From an uncultured Oscillospiraceae bacterium (GTDB taxonomy: Bacteria; Bacillota; Clostridia; Oscillospirales; Oscillospiraceae), in contig CAZGFK010000001.1 in NCBI GenBank assembly GCA_964524815.1, positions 19,871 to 83,870 on the forward strand: a DNA stretch of 64,000 nucleotides. Reading direction: 5' to 3'. The position numbers were made by a program, and so were the translations under genes. The notes beneath the pieces are model-generated. The model was not told the origin of the DNA. It was given only the letters and a program-made list of their open reading frames with translations, and did not search any database. Shown here piece by piece: positions 28,495-38,315 of the stretch (the stretch's first letter is position 1; every line of letters starts with the position of its first letter).

Positions 28495-28530
28495 AAAAGG
28501 GGAGCGACAGATATTCCTGCCGCTCCCTTT
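28493..28530. terminator. Bidirectional terminator between sigF and the MOSC gene
   Basis: AAAAAA-GGGAGCG (28500-28506), a 14-nt loop, then CGCTCCC (28521-27) and TTT. A/T runs lie on both sides between the convergent genes. Confidence 0.6.
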
Positions 28531-28540
28531 GTGCACGCTG

Positions 28541-28972
28541 TTATTCTATGATTGTCAGCTCATCGCCAATGGATATCGTGCCTGAGGTTAACACGCGGGT
28601 GAATACGCCCTCGTGCGGCATTATGCACTCGCCCATTTTCTTAAATATCTCGCAATGGCTGTGGCACTCCTTGCCGATTTGTGTCAGCTCAAGCTCCACA
28701 TCGCCGCATTTAAAGCGCGTTCCCACGGGTAAGGTCTTGAAGTCGTACCCATCCACAACGAGGTTTTCACCGAATGCGCCGGGGATTACATTTGCCCCGC
28801 GCTTATTGAATGCGTCAATTTTTTCGGCGCTCAAAAGGCTAACCTGCCTATGCCATTTCCCAGCGTGAGCGTCCCCGTCTATACCCCAGTCGGCGGTAAA
28901 GTGCGCCGTGCCGACATCTTTTTTTTGCGTGCCTTTATGCTCGCTCATGCAAACTGCAATTACTTTTCCCAT
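28541..28972 (-). CDS. MOSC domain-containing protein
   Basis: MGKVIAVCMSEHKGTQKKDV...GDAHAG..HRQVSLL...GENLVVDG shows the typical MOSC beta-barrel signature, and a conserved Cys lies near the C-terminus. Confidence 0.85.
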   Translation of the reverse strand: MGKVIAVCMSEHKGTQKKDVGTAHFTADWGIDGDAHAGKWHRQVSLLSAEKIDAFNKRGANVIPGAFGENLVVDGYDFKTLPVGTRFKCGDVELELTQIGKECHSHCEIFKKMGECIMPHEGVFTRVLTSGTISIGDELTIIE

Positions 28973-28973
28973 T

Positions 28974-29945
28974 TTATCCTCCTATTTGGCTCATCATATG
29001 TGTTTCCGTTATGTTTTCGCGCGTTTCAAAGCAATGTGCGCGCGGCTTTGAGTAAATGGCGCGAGAAAGCGCCGTGCAAAGCGCCTCATCGACCGCGCCG
29101 CTTCTTATTACGGCTTTTAAATCTGTGCTCTCGCCGTAGCATAGGCAAGGCTTTAACAGCCCGGTTGATGTTAAGCGGACGCGGTTGCATTCACTGCAAA
29201 ACTTGTGGCTCACGGCATCTATAAAGCCGATTTTGCCCTTGAAGCCCGGTATTTCATAATAATGCGCCGGGCCGTTGCCGCGTTTTTCGCCCGTAGGGCG
29301 GATTTGCGGCCACATTTCTTGGATAGCGGCCAAGGTCGTGCCGGGGTCGGCGCGCTCCGTATGCGCTCCTAGACCAATCGGCATAAGCTCGATAAAGCGC
29401 ACATCCAGGCTTTTGTCCTTTGCAAGCCTTGCCAGCGCCGTGACCTCGTCCGAGGTTTCATTGAGCAATACGCAGTTGACCTTTGTTTTAATGCCAAATT
29501 TACAGCAAGCGTCTATTGCGTTCAATGTGTGAGAGAGCATAGTGGGGGCAGCGCCCGTGATGCGGGCATAGCGCTCAGGGGTTAATGAATCCAAGCTGAT
29601 GTTTATCCCGTCAACCCCGGCGGAAATGAGCGCGGGGAGCAAAGGCGCGAGGTGGAGGGCGTTTGTTGTCAATGTGACCTCTTCAACGCCGGGCGTGGAT
29701 TTTATGTCTTTTATTATTTCAACGCAGTCTCGGCGCATAAGCGGCTCGCCGCCGGTTATTTTGAACTTCGTAACGCCCAAGCTGACGGCGGCGCAGCATA
29801 TGCGTAAAAGCTCCGCGCGGGAAAGCGTGTCATCGCAAGTGGGACAATCTTTTCCGTTCGGCATACAGTACCGACAGCGTAGATTGCACTTTTCCGTGAC
29901 GGAAACGCGCATATATTCAATATTTCGCCCGAATCTATCCAGCAT
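28974..29945 (-). CDS. moaA: GTP 3',8-cyclase MoaA (radical SAM)
   Basis: YMRVSVTEKCNLRCRYCMP (CxxxCxxC), the FKITGGEPL motif, and a C-terminal second cluster CSECNRVRLTSTGLLKPCL. Confidence 0.93.
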   Translation of the reverse strand: MLDRFGRNIEYMRVSVTEKCNLRCRYCMPNGKDCPTCDDTLSRAELLRICCAAVSLGVTKFKITGGEPLMRRDCVEIIKDIKSTPGVEEVTLTTNALHLAPLLPALISAGVDGINISLDSLTPERYARITGAAPTMLSHTLNAIDACCKFGIKTKVNCVLLNETSDEVTALARLAKDKSLDVRFIELMPIGLGAHTERADPGTTLAAIQEMWPQIRPTGEKRGNGPAHYYEIPGFKGKIGFIDAVSHKFCSECNRVRLTSTGLLKPCLCYGESTDLKAVIRSGAVDEALCTALSRAIYSKPRAHCFETRENITETHMMSQIGG

Positions 29946-29986
29946 AAAAGTGAGTTCCTTTGTATATGGGATATTGCATTTTGCTA

Positions 29987-30015
29987 TTATACCTCAAAGC
30001 GCACATAATTTCAAT
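29987..30015 (-). promoter_or_regulatory. Sigma-A type promoter candidate for moaA-MOSC
   Basis: On the minus strand: TTGAAA (30015-30010), a 17-nt spacer, then TATAAT (29992-29987). A short leader to ATG 29945 follows. Confidence 0.6.
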
Positions 30016-30113
30016 TATTGGTTTCATGCCAGTGCCGAGAGGTGAAAAAAGCAAAATGGCAGCTTCTAATTGTTAATTCTACGCTGTTTGCGCCCTATCA
30101 GAGCAGAAAAGAG

Positions 30114-30142
30114 TTGCTATTTTACCATGTGTGTGGTAGAAT
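30114..30142 (+). promoter_or_regulatory. Sigma-A type promoter candidate (extended -10) for murA
   Basis: TTGCTA (30114-30119), a 17-nt spacer, then TGgTAGAAT (-10 at 30137-30142). Confidence 0.55.
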
Positions 30143-30199
30143 CTAGACTGTATGAGCCCAAAGCAGGGCGGGATCAGACATAAACGGAAGGTGCACACT

Positions 30200-31504
30200 T
30201 TGGATAAATATGTTATACACGGCGGCACAACGCTGCACGGAGAAGTAGAAATAAGCGGCGCGAAGAACGCGGCTGTTGCGATAATCCCGGCGGCGCTTAT
30301 GGTCAACGGGATATGCACAATTGAAAATCTTCCGCAGATAAGCGACACGGATATGCTCCTCACCATCCTTTCCGAGCTTGGAGCGCGAGTGACTTATATT
30401 GACGCGTCCACCGTCACTATTGACTGCACGGACGTTCATTTGCAGGACGCGCCCTTTGACCTTATGCGCAAGATTCGCGCGTCTTATTACCTTATCGGGG
30501 CGATGCTCGGCCGCTTTGGCCGCGCAAAGACGACTATGCCCGGCGGGTGCAATTTCGGCGTGAGGCCGATTGACCAGCATATAAAGGGCATGACCGCGCT
30601 CGGCGCTGAGGTGGATGTTAAAAACGGCTTTGTGTATGCAGAGGCCGTCGGCGGGAGACTGCACGGGGCTAGAATCTATCTTGACAAAGTCTCTGTCGGC
30701 GCTACGATGAACATCATCCTTGCCGCTACTCTTGCGCAGGGGCGCACAATAATCGAAAATGCCGCCCGCGAGCCGCACATAGTTGACCTTGCAAACTTCC
30801 TCAACTCCATGGGCGCTGATGTTCGCGGCGCGGGTACGGATACGGTGAAAATAAACGGCGTGGATAAGCTCCACGGCGGAAGCTATACCATCATCCCGGA
30901 TCAGATAGAAGCGGGGACATATATGGTCGCCGCCGCCGCTACGGGCGGCGAGGTGTTGGTGAAAAACGTTATCCCCAAGCACTTGGAGTGCATAAGCGCA
31001 AAGCTCAGAGAGACAGGGACTATCGTGCAGGAATATGAGGATTCCGTTTTGGTTAAGGGCGCAAGCGCATTACGCCGTGCCAACATCAAAACCCTGCCTT
31101 ACCCCGGTTTCCCTACGGATATGCAGCCGCAAATGGGCGTTCTGCTGTGCCTTGCCGAGGGGACGAGCGTTATCACCGAGGGTATTTACGATAACCGCTT
31201 TAAATACGTCAACGAGCTATGCAGAATGGGCGCGGAGATTAAGGTTGACGGGCGTGTTGCCGTTTTTGAAGGTGGGCAGAAGCTCACCGGCGCGCCGGTT
31301 AAGGCGTGCGATTTACGTGCGGGCGCGGCAATGGTTATTGCCGGTATGTGCGCCAGCGGCGAAACCGAAGTGGAGGACATTCATTATATCGAGCGCGGCT
31401 ATGAAAACTTTGTAGGCAAGCTTCGCTCTCTCGGCGCTGATATTGAGATTGTCAGCTTCCCCGATCCTCCCGAAACTGCGGACAAAGTGATCTGCGTTTC
31501 TTGA
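30200..31504 (+). CDS. murA: UDP-N-acetylglucosamine 1-carboxyvinyltransferase (paralogue 1)
   Basis: The likely start is TTG 30200 (LDKYVIHGG.., with RBS GGAAGGTG 7 nt upstream). The ORF-track ATG 30152 would add 16 atypical residues. SGAKNAAV and the active-site GGCNFGVRPIDQH are present. Confidence 0.93.
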   Translation: MDKYVIHGGTTLHGEVEISGAKNAAVAIIPAALMVNGICTIENLPQISDTDMLLTILSELGARVTYIDASTVTIDCTDVHLQDAPFDLMRKIRASYYLIGAMLGRFGRAKTTMPGGCNFGVRPIDQHIKGMTALGAEVDVKNGFVYAEAVGGRLHGARIYLDKVSVGATMNIILAATLAQGRTIIENAAREPHIVDLANFLNSMGADVRGAGTDTVKINGVDKLHGGSYTIIPDQIEAGTYMVAAAATGGEVLVKNVIPKHLECISAKLRETGTIVQEYEDSVLVKGASALRRANIKTLPYPGFPTDMQPQMGVLLCLAEGTSVITEGIYDNRFKYVNELCRMGAEIKVDGRVAVFEGGQKLTGAPVKACDLRAGAAMVIAGMCASGETEVEDIHYIERGYENFVGKLRSLGADIEIVSFPDPPETADKVICVS

Positions 31505-32289
31505 TGAGAGTATGTATTTTTGCAAGCAGCTCCGACGGGAACTGCTTGCTCGTCACGCAGGGTAAAACCAATATACTGATTGATGCCGGGATTTCCGCGC
31601 GCAGGATTGTGTCGGCGCTTGCGCAGGCGCAGCTTACTATCGGAGATATCGGCGGAGTGCTCATTACGCATGAGCACTCCGATCATATTTGCGGCCTGAA
31701 AACCCTTTTGAAAAAGACGGATTTCAAGCTTTATGCACCCCATACTGTGGCAAACCGCGTTATGGGCGTACTGCCGGATGCTATAGGGCGCATGAACATT
31801 ATCCCCGTGGGCGAGGCTTTCACCTTGGGTGAGTTGTCTGTTTGCGCATTCCACACAAGCCACGATACCGATGAAAGCGTGGGCTATAGGCTCGAGGGTG
31901 ACGGTAGCTTTGCCGTTGCAACCGACACGGGCTGTATCACGAGCGAAATGTATTCCGCTCTCTGCGGGGCGGAGATTATTTTGCTGGAATCAAACCACGA
32001 TGAAAAAATGCTCTGTGACGGGCCTTATCCCGTTTACTTAAAGAAGCGTATTTTGGCCGATACTGGGCATTTATCCAATGCCGACTGCGCCGTTTTTGCC
32101 CGCTGGCTTGCCAAAAGCGGCACAAAGAAGCTCGTTTTAGGACATCTCAGCCGCACGAATAACACGCCGGAGCTTGCGCTGACTACCGTTCAACGCTCCC
32201 TCACGGGGTTTGATACGGCGCTTTACTGTGCGCCGCAACTTGGCTTTATGGAGCTTTATACCGAGGAGGGCAGCGTATGCTTGCAGTAA
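31504..32289 (+). CDS. MBL-fold metallo-hydrolase (YycJ/WalJ-like)
   Basis: TGATG overlap with murA. The HEHSDH metal motif is present, and the 261-aa length and layout resemble YycJ. Confidence 0.85.
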   Translation: MRVCIFASSSDGNCLLVTQGKTNILIDAGISARRIVSALAQAQLTIGDIGGVLITHEHSDHICGLKTLLKKTDFKLYAPHTVANRVMGVLPDAIGRMNIIPVGEAFTLGELSVCAFHTSHDTDESVGYRLEGDGSFAVATDTGCITSEMYSALCGAEIILLESNHDEKMLCDGPYPVYLKKRILADTGHLSNADCAVFARWLAKSGTKKLVLGHLSRTNNTPELALTTVQRSLTGFDTALYCAPQLGFMELYTEEGSVCLQ

Positions 32290-32759
32290 AGCTCATATGT
32301 GTCGGCAAAATGCGCGAGAAGTTTTATATTGAAGCCTTTTCGGAGTATGCAAAGCGCTTGCAAGCGTACTGTAAGCTCGATTTAATAGAGCTTACCGAGC
32401 AACGTTTGGGCGATAATCCATCGCAAAAGGAAATTGCCTCGGCGCTTGGGCGCGAGGCGGCGGATATAATGAAAAATATCCCGTCGGACGCTTATTTGGT
32501 TGCCATGTGCGTAGAGGGCAAGCAGATGAAAAGCGAGGGCATGGCAAAGCTTGTGAGTGAGCGAGAAAGCTCCGGCAAGCCGAAGCTTTGCTTTGTGGTG
32601 GGCGGCTCGTTCGGGCTGGATGAAAGCGTTAAACGGCGCGCGGATATGCGCCTTAGTATGTCGGAAATGACATTTCCTCATCATCTTGCGCGCGTAATGC
32701 TTGCCGAGCAGATTTACCGCGCGTTTAAGATAAACGAGGGTTCAAGATACCACAAATGA
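32277..32759 (+). CDS. rlmH: 23S rRNA (pseudouridine1915-N3)-methyltransferase RlmH
   Basis: A 160-aa SPOUT-fold protein with FVVGGSFG, LSMSEMTFPH and the C-terminal YHK. Confidence 0.92.
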   Translation: MLAVKLICVGKMREKFYIEAFSEYAKRLQAYCKLDLIELTEQRLGDNPSQKEIASALGREAADIMKNIPSDAYLVAMCVEGKQMKSEGMAKLVSERESSGKPKLCFVVGGSFGLDESVKRRADMRLSMSEMTFPHHLARVMLAEQIYRAFKINEGSRYHK

Positions 32760-32781
32760 CTTGGAAAGGTTTAAGCTTAGT

Positions 32782-33093
32782 ATGATCAATGATAGTAATT
32801 GGAGCCGCGATTTACCCGGCGAGCTTTTGGCGCGTTGGCCGAAAACCGAAAGCGGCGAGTATGAGTGCCCGGCGTTTTTATGCAACTGCAAAAACCTTGA
32901 CTTGAACGATGTTTTGAAGGTCAATATGCTGGAAGCGTATAATATTCCGTGTCTGCGCACCTACCCCGGTGACGGCGGTTTTGGCCGCTTGGTGCTTGGC
33001 ATGAGCGGACAGGGAACTGATATATATGTCCCCGAAAGCCTTTTAAATGACGCAATAGAATTGTGCAAGGAGGAAAACAATGAGGAACTATAA
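32782..33093 (+). CDS. Small hypothetical protein, DUF2007-like
   Basis: An open frame with ATG 32782 (the track start 32761 is TTG). It is acidic, contains Cx4CxC, and has a C-terminal half LLEAYNIPC....G......IYVPESLLNDAIEL resembling the DUF2007 fold. It overlaps the next gene by 14 nt. Confidence 0.5.
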   Translation: MINDSNWSRDLPGELLARWPKTESGEYECPAFLCNCKNLDLNDVLKVNMLEAYNIPCLRTYPGDGGFGRLVLGMSGQGTDIYVPESLLNDAIELCKEENNEEL

Positions 33094-34810
33094 AGAAGAG
33101 TATGAGCACTGGCTCGATAGTCCTGCTCTCAGTGAGCAGGAGTGGGAAGAGCTTGATTCAATTCGCGGCGATGAAAAGGAAATCGAAAACCGCTTTTTTG
33201 CGCCGCTGGAGTTCGGCACGGCCGGTTTGCGCGGCACAATGAAGCTCGGGCTTCATAACATGAACATACATATCATTCGCCACGCGACACAGGCCTTTGC
33301 CAACGTAATTGCGGCCGAGGGCAAGGACGCAATGGATAAGGGCATTGCCATTGCGCATGATTGCCGTCTCAACGGCGAGGAGTTTTCCAAGGAAGCGGCC
33401 TGCGTCATGGCGGCAAACGGAATCCATGTCCGTTTCTTTGACGCACTTCGCCCCACGCCGGAGCTGAGCTTTGCCGTCTTGCATTACGGCACGACCGCCG
33501 GTTTAAACATCACCGCCAGCCACAACCCCAAGGAATATAACGGCTATAAGGTCTATTGGTCTGACGGCGCGCAGCTTCCCCCGCAGAAAGCCGAAGCAAT
33601 CGCAAAGCAAATGGAAGCCATAGATGTCTTTACGGGCTTTAAGACTTGCGATTTTGACGAGGCTGTGCGCGATGGGCGCATTGAGATTATCGGCGCTGAA
33701 ACCGATGAAGCGTTTTTGAAGCGCGTTTTGGCACAGGCTGTTAATAAAGACATTGTCGCCGAGGTGGCGGACGATTTGCGCATTGTATATACGCCGTTCC
33801 ACGGCTGCGGTTATAAGCTCGTGCCGGAAGCGCTCAAGCGCCTTGGCATAAAGCACCTTTATCCCGTACCGGAGCAGATGGTGATTGACGGCAACTTCCC
33901 CACGGTGGAAAGCCCGAACCCGGAAAACCCCGAGGGCTTCTATCTCGCGGTGGACTTGGCCAAAAAGGTTAACAGCGACCTCATAATCGGCACTGACCCT
34001 GACTCTGACCGTATCGGCACTATGGTGCGCGGCAAGGACGGCGAGTATGTTACCATTACGGGTAATCAGCTCGGCGTGCTGCTGTTGGAGTACATTATCA
34101 CTGCGCGCAAGGCCGCCGGAACTCTGCCCAAAAATCCCGGCACTGTCGCCAGTATTGTCACGACTGCAATGGCGCGCGCCGTGGCCGAGGCAAACGGTGT
34201 ACACTTTGAGGACACCTTTACCGGCTTTAAGTTCATGGCCGAACGCGTTGCCGAGTGGACGGCGGCGGACAGCTATGAGTATATCTTCGCCTTTGAAGAA
34301 AGCTATGGCTATATGTGCGGCGATTATGTGCGCGATAAGGACGCTGTTACTGCGGCCATGCTCGTGGCCGAAATGGCGGCATTTTATCACAAAAAGGGCA
34401 TGACGCTTCTTGATGCGATCAATTCCCTTTACGAAAAGTACGGTTGGTTTAAGGAAAAGACGATTAACCTTGTTATGCCCGGCCTTGACGGTTTGCAGAA
34501 GATGCAGGCGCTCATGAGCGCTCTTCGCTCCGAGCCGCCCACGGAGATTGCGGGCGAGGAAGTAATCCGCCTGAGAGACTATTCTGACGGCAGCATATGG
34601 GTTGCAGGCCTAGGCAAGGTGGATAAAACGCCGTTTGCCGGTTCTAATGTGCTCTACTTTGAGCTTGCCGACGGTTGCAGCTTCATCATTCGCCCGTCCG
34701 GTACAGAGCCTAAGATTAAGATTTACATTCTCAGCCGCGGCAAGGATGAAGATGCCTGCAACGCCGCCATCGCGCGCTATGAGAAGTTCGCAGACACACT
34801 GAGAGCTTAA
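33080..34810 (+). CDS. Phospho-sugar mutase (alpha-phosphoglucomutase / PgcA-like)
   Basis: An AAGGAGG RBS lies upstream. The active-site TASHNPKEYNGYK and the metal loop GTDPDSDR are present. The 576-aa, four-domain size is typical. Confidence 0.9.
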   Translation: MRNYKEEYEHWLDSPALSEQEWEELDSIRGDEKEIENRFFAPLEFGTAGLRGTMKLGLHNMNIHIIRHATQAFANVIAAEGKDAMDKGIAIAHDCRLNGEEFSKEAACVMAANGIHVRFFDALRPTPELSFAVLHYGTTAGLNITASHNPKEYNGYKVYWSDGAQLPPQKAEAIAKQMEAIDVFTGFKTCDFDEAVRDGRIEIIGAETDEAFLKRVLAQAVNKDIVAEVADDLRIVYTPFHGCGYKLVPEALKRLGIKHLYPVPEQMVIDGNFPTVESPNPENPEGFYLAVDLAKKVNSDLIIGTDPDSDRIGTMVRGKDGEYVTITGNQLGVLLLEYIITARKAAGTLPKNPGTVASIVTTAMARAVAEANGVHFEDTFTGFKFMAERVAEWTAADSYEYIFAFEESYGYMCGDYVRDKDAVTAAMLVAEMAAFYHKKGMTLLDAINSLYEKYGWFKEKTINLVMPGLDGLQKMQALMSALRSEPPTEIAGEEVIRLRDYSDGSIWVAGLGKVDKTPFAGSNVLYFELADGCSFIIRPSGTEPKIKIYILSRGKDEDACNAAIARYEKFADTLRA

Positions 34811-35772
34811 AGCACAAGCGGACAAAGAAAATACGCAAAAAGAGCGGCAATGCTTGCACTTATAAGGCGACCTGCAAAATGCAGGCCGCCTTTTGCGCCG
34901 CTTTCAGCTAAGACGGCGCGCGTTTGAAAATGCACGGACAGCCCGCCGAAGCCCACCATAAAAGCGGCAAGCGCAATGTTTATAGGCGTGGCGGTAAGGC
35001 CGCGCATTGCGCCGATACCGCCGCCAAGCTCAAATGTGCCTACAATAAGCGCGCGGACGAAGTGTAATTCTGAGTGCGTTTTAATTCCAATCCAGCCGAC
35101 CACCGCAGAGAGCATACCGTTTGCGTCAAAAAGCGCGTTGATCACATAGAAAAACGACACGAACCCACAGACTGTAAGCACATTTAATACCCCCGTGCGC
35201 ACACTCTCTGCCAGTGCGTTTGAAAAAGGTATAGCTTCAAATTGCGCCGCTTCATGCTCTTGCCTGTCCGATTTCGGTATAAATAAGCGAACGAGCACCC
35301 CGGTGCAGATTGCCGCCGCTATGTGCACGGCGTAAAGAAAAAGCCCAATGCGCGAAGAGGAGAACACACCCGCGCCGACAGCGCCTATTAAGAAAGCCGG
35401 GCCTGAATTATTGCAAAAAGTGAGCAGCTGCTCACCCTCTTTCGGCGTGACAGTACGGTTTTTGACCATTTGGCCTATGTACGCCGCTCCCATGGGGTAG
35501 CCGCCCGTTAAGCCGATTATAAGTGCGCTTGAACCCGCCCCGGAGACATTGAAGAGCTTTTTTGCAAAGGGAGCGAGTACCTTTGAAATAATCGCGGGAA
35601 AGCCGATTTTGCTGAGTAGCACGGAGAGCACGAAGAAAGGAAAAAGCGAGGGGATAATAAGCTGCGCGCAGAGTGATAACGCTTCTTTACAGCTTTCCGT
35701 CACGGCTTTAGAGGAAAGCGCGAACGCGCAAAATGCGCCGAGGGCGAGGAATACGGCAAGTTTTTTCTTCAT
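34807..35772 (-). CDS. ylbJ: Sporulation integral membrane protein YlbJ (nucleoside-recognition/Gate domains)
   Basis: ATG 35772 with a GGAGGC RBS. IIPSLFPFFVLS...LFNVSGAGSSALIIGLTGGYPMGA...FCNNSGPAFLIGAVG matches the YlbJ signature. Confidence 0.85.
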   Translation of the reverse strand: MKKKLAVFLALGAFCAFALSSKAVTESCKEALSLCAQLIIPSLFPFFVLSVLLSKIGFPAIISKVLAPFAKKLFNVSGAGSSALIIGLTGGYPMGAAYIGQMVKNRTVTPKEGEQLLTFCNNSGPAFLIGAVGAGVFSSSRIGLFLYAVHIAAAICTGVLVRLFIPKSDRQEHEAAQFEAIPFSNALAESVRTGVLNVLTVCGFVSFFYVINALFDANGMLSAVVGWIGIKTHSELHFVRALIVGTFELGGGIGAMRGLTATPINIALAAFMVGFGGLSVHFQTRAVLAESGAKGGLHFAGRLISASIAALFAYFLCPLVL

Positions 35773-35851
35773 GGGGGTTGCCTCCGCGAATGTTATTAGT
35801 ATCAAGTTATGTCCCTGTGCATAGATTTATACAAAATGAGGAGGCGGCACA

Positions 35852-36124
35852 ATGATGAGTATAAGCAACGCGGCGGAAGCATTAGCGGAAGCGTTTGACC
35901 TGCCGGAAGAGGCCGTTCCGGGTGCGGCGAGAGTAACTGTAACATCGGGCAAGCGCGTTGCCGTTGAAAATCACCGTGGGCTTCTATCCTACGGCGAAGA
36001 GCGGATCGTTATCCGCTTGCCGCGCGGCAAGCTCACCTTAAGCGGTGCGGGGCTACAGCTTATTCTAATGTCAGCCGAGAGGCTTTTTATCGGCGGGCGT
36101 ATTCAGGCTTTGGAGTGGGATTGA
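35852..36124 (+). CDS. yqfC: Sporulation protein YqfC (YabP family)
   Basis: A GAGGAGG RBS lies upstream. The 90-aa protein contains ...VENHRGLLSYGEERIVIRL..GKLTLSGAGLQL, the YabP/YqfC pattern. It is followed by yqfD. Confidence 0.88.
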   Translation: MMSISNAAEALAEAFDLPEEAVPGAARVTVTSGKRVAVENHRGLLSYGEERIVIRLPRGKLTLSGAGLQLILMSAERLFIGGRIQALEWD

Positions 36125-37287
36125 TGAAAGGGTTAAAACGCAACATAAAGGGCTGCTGTAGGATGGAGGTGTGCGGTGCGTTCCCGGAAAGCGTACTCAA
36201 TGCCTGTGCCTTAGAGGGCATAGAGCTTTGGGCGCTTGAATGCGCGGACGCGTACACCTTGCGCTTTTGGGCGTATGAAGAGAGCTTTGGCGAGGTTGAG
36301 GGAATAGCGCGAAAATGTATGTGCGATGTGAAAAAGCTCGACGTTGAGGGCGGAAGCCGTCTGCGCGCGCAGATTAAAAATCATATGTGGCTTTTTATCT
36401 TTGCTGCCGTCATGTTTGCGATTTTAACCCTATCCTCGCTTTTTATATGGGATATAGATATTTACGGCTGTGAAAGCGTTTCCGAGGGCGAGGTGCTGCG
36501 TGCATTGAGCGAATGCGGTGTGGACTGCGGTGCATTTTGGCCGGGACTGAGTACGGATCTTGTCCGGGCGAAAATGCTCACGCTTTTGCCGAGCCTATCT
36601 TGGATGAGCGTTAATGTTAGCTCCTCGCGCGCCGTGGTGCTCTTGACCGAGCGGCTTGAAAAGCCCGAAATCTATCTTGAAAGCGAGGGGGCGGACATTG
36701 TTGCGCACCGCGCCGGGATAATAAAGAGCATATCCGCGAAAAACGGTAATCCCGCCGTGGGGATAGGGCAATCCGTGACAGCGGGGGAAATGCTTATCTC
36801 CGGCGGTATGGAAAGCCTTTCGGGCGAGGTGCGCTATGTGCGCGCACAAGGGGAGATTACCGCCGATACATGGTATGAAATAACCTCAATTTGCCCCATA
36901 GAGGGCGAAAAGAAAACCGCGCGCGCCCTGCGCTTTACGCGCTATGCCCTGAAATTCGGAAAAAACCGATGCAATTTATATTTTAGCAGTGGAAATACTG
37001 TTGACGAATGTGATAAAATCATACATAATTATAAAATAGGGGTTAAGGGGCTTTTTGCCCTGCCGATAACTCTGATTGCCGAGGAGTTTATACCGTATGA
37101 AACGGAAAACGCCGTTATCTGTGCGCCTGATGAAATGGGCAAGCGCCTTATGGAAGCGCTTAAAAGCGAATGCCGAGGGAAGATTCTTTCTTCATCTCTT
37201 ACCTGCACGGAGAATAACGGCCTATGCTGTGTGACCCTTCGCGCCTCGTGCGAAGAGAACATAGCGCAGCTTATTGAATACACCTGA
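36124..37287 (+). CDS. yqfD: Sporulation protein YqfD (stage IV-like)
   Basis: TGATG overlap with yqfC. There is a single central TM helix and the size and layout match the YqfD family. The yqfC-yqfD-phoH order is conserved. Confidence 0.85.
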   Translation: MKGLKRNIKGCCRMEVCGAFPESVLNACALEGIELWALECADAYTLRFWAYEESFGEVEGIARKCMCDVKKLDVEGGSRLRAQIKNHMWLFIFAAVMFAILTLSSLFIWDIDIYGCESVSEGEVLRALSECGVDCGAFWPGLSTDLVRAKMLTLLPSLSWMSVNVSSSRAVVLLTERLEKPEIYLESEGADIVAHRAGIIKSISAKNGNPAVGIGQSVTAGEMLISGGMESLSGEVRYVRAQGEITADTWYEITSICPIEGEKKTARALRFTRYALKFGKNRCNLYFSSGNTVDECDKIIHNYKIGVKGLFALPITLIAEEFIPYETENAVICAPDEMGKRLMEALKSECRGKILSSSLTCTENNGLCCVTLRASCEENIAQLIEYT

Positions 37288-37304
37288 CGCGAAAGGATGC
37301 ACAA

Positions 37305-38315
37305 ATGATAGAACAAACCATAAAGGTCGATAGAATGGAGCACGTGATAAGCGTGTTCGGCTCGTTTGACCAGAATTTACGTATAATCGAAACCGAGCTT
37401 GGCGTAAAAGTTCTTGACCGAGATGATATGATTCATGTCTGCGGTGAGGCGGAAGATGTTATGCTTGCCGAAAAGGCCATAAACGGCCTTTTGACGCTCG
37501 CGGCCAAGGGCGAGAATATAGACGCGCAGAATGTCCGTTATATCCTGAAGCTTGTCAAAGAGGGCAAGGAGACGAAGATAAACGAGCTTGCCGGGGATGT
37601 TGTATGCATTACGGCCAAGGGCAAGCCCATAAAGCCCAAAACCCTCGGCCAAAAGGCGTATTGTGACGCGATTTCGCAAAACACCATTACCCTCGGTATA
37701 GGCCCTGCCGGAACGGGCAAAACCTATCTTGCTGTGGCGGCTGCAGTGGCGGCTTTCCGCGCGGAAGAGGTAAACCGCATTATCCTCACGCGCCCCGCCG
37801 TGGAAGCAGGAGAGCGCTTGGGCTTTCTCCCCGGCGATTTGCAAAGCAAGGTTGACCCGTATTTGCGCCCGCTCTATGATGCACTTTTTGATATGCTCGG
37901 CGCGGACACCTATCAAAAATACCTTGAGCGCGGCAATATAGAGGTCGCACCGCTGGCGTATATGCGCGGGCGCACCTTGGATGATAGCTTTATTATCTTG
38001 GACGAAGCGCAAAACACCTCGCGCGAGCAGATGAAAATGTTTCTCACGCGTATAGGCTTCGGCTCAAAGGTGGTTATTACGGGCGATATCACGCAGATAG
38101 ATTTGCCCGAGGATAAAACGAGCGGCTTAAAAATCGCGATGAAGGTGCTGGACGGGATAGAGGATATCGCCGTATGCGCACTTACGGGGTCTGACGTTGT
38201 GCGCCATCGCTTGGTGCAGAAAATCATTGAGGCATACGAGGTTTACGACAAGAGCCACCCGCAGGAGAGCGCGAAAAAGCTGCCCGCTAAGAACTATAAG
38301 AGGAAGCAAAAATGA
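37305..38315 (+). CDS. phoH: PhoH-like ATPase (PhoH/YbeZ)
   Basis: An N-terminal KH-like region, Walker A GPAGTGKTYLAV, Walker B ILDEAQN, and ITGDITQIDLP. Confidence 0.93.
   Translation: MIEQTIKVDRMEHVISVFGSFDQNLRIIETELGVKVLDRDDMIHVCGEAEDVMLAEKAINGLLTLAAKGENIDAQNVRYILKLVKEGKETKINELAGDVVCITAKGKPIKPKTLGQKAYCDAISQNTITLGIGPAGTGKTYLAVAAAVAAFRAEEVNRIILTRPAVEAGERLGFLPGDLQSKVDPYLRPLYDALFDMLGADTYQKYLERGNIEVAPLAYMRGRTLDDSFIILDEAQNTSREQMKMFLTRIGFGSKVVITGDITQIDLPEDKTSGLKIAMKVLDGIEDIAVCALTGSDVVRHRLVQKIIEAYEVYDKSHPQESAKKLPAKNYKRKQK

Noticed and set aside
29946-30113. A possible molybdenum-cofactor (Moco) riboswitch upstream of moaA.
   Set aside because: On the minus strand a good TTGAAA-17-TATAAT promoter sits only about 40 nt from the moaA ATG. 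The transcribed leader is therefore too short for the roughly 130-nt Moco RNA, and I could not recognise its conserved elements.
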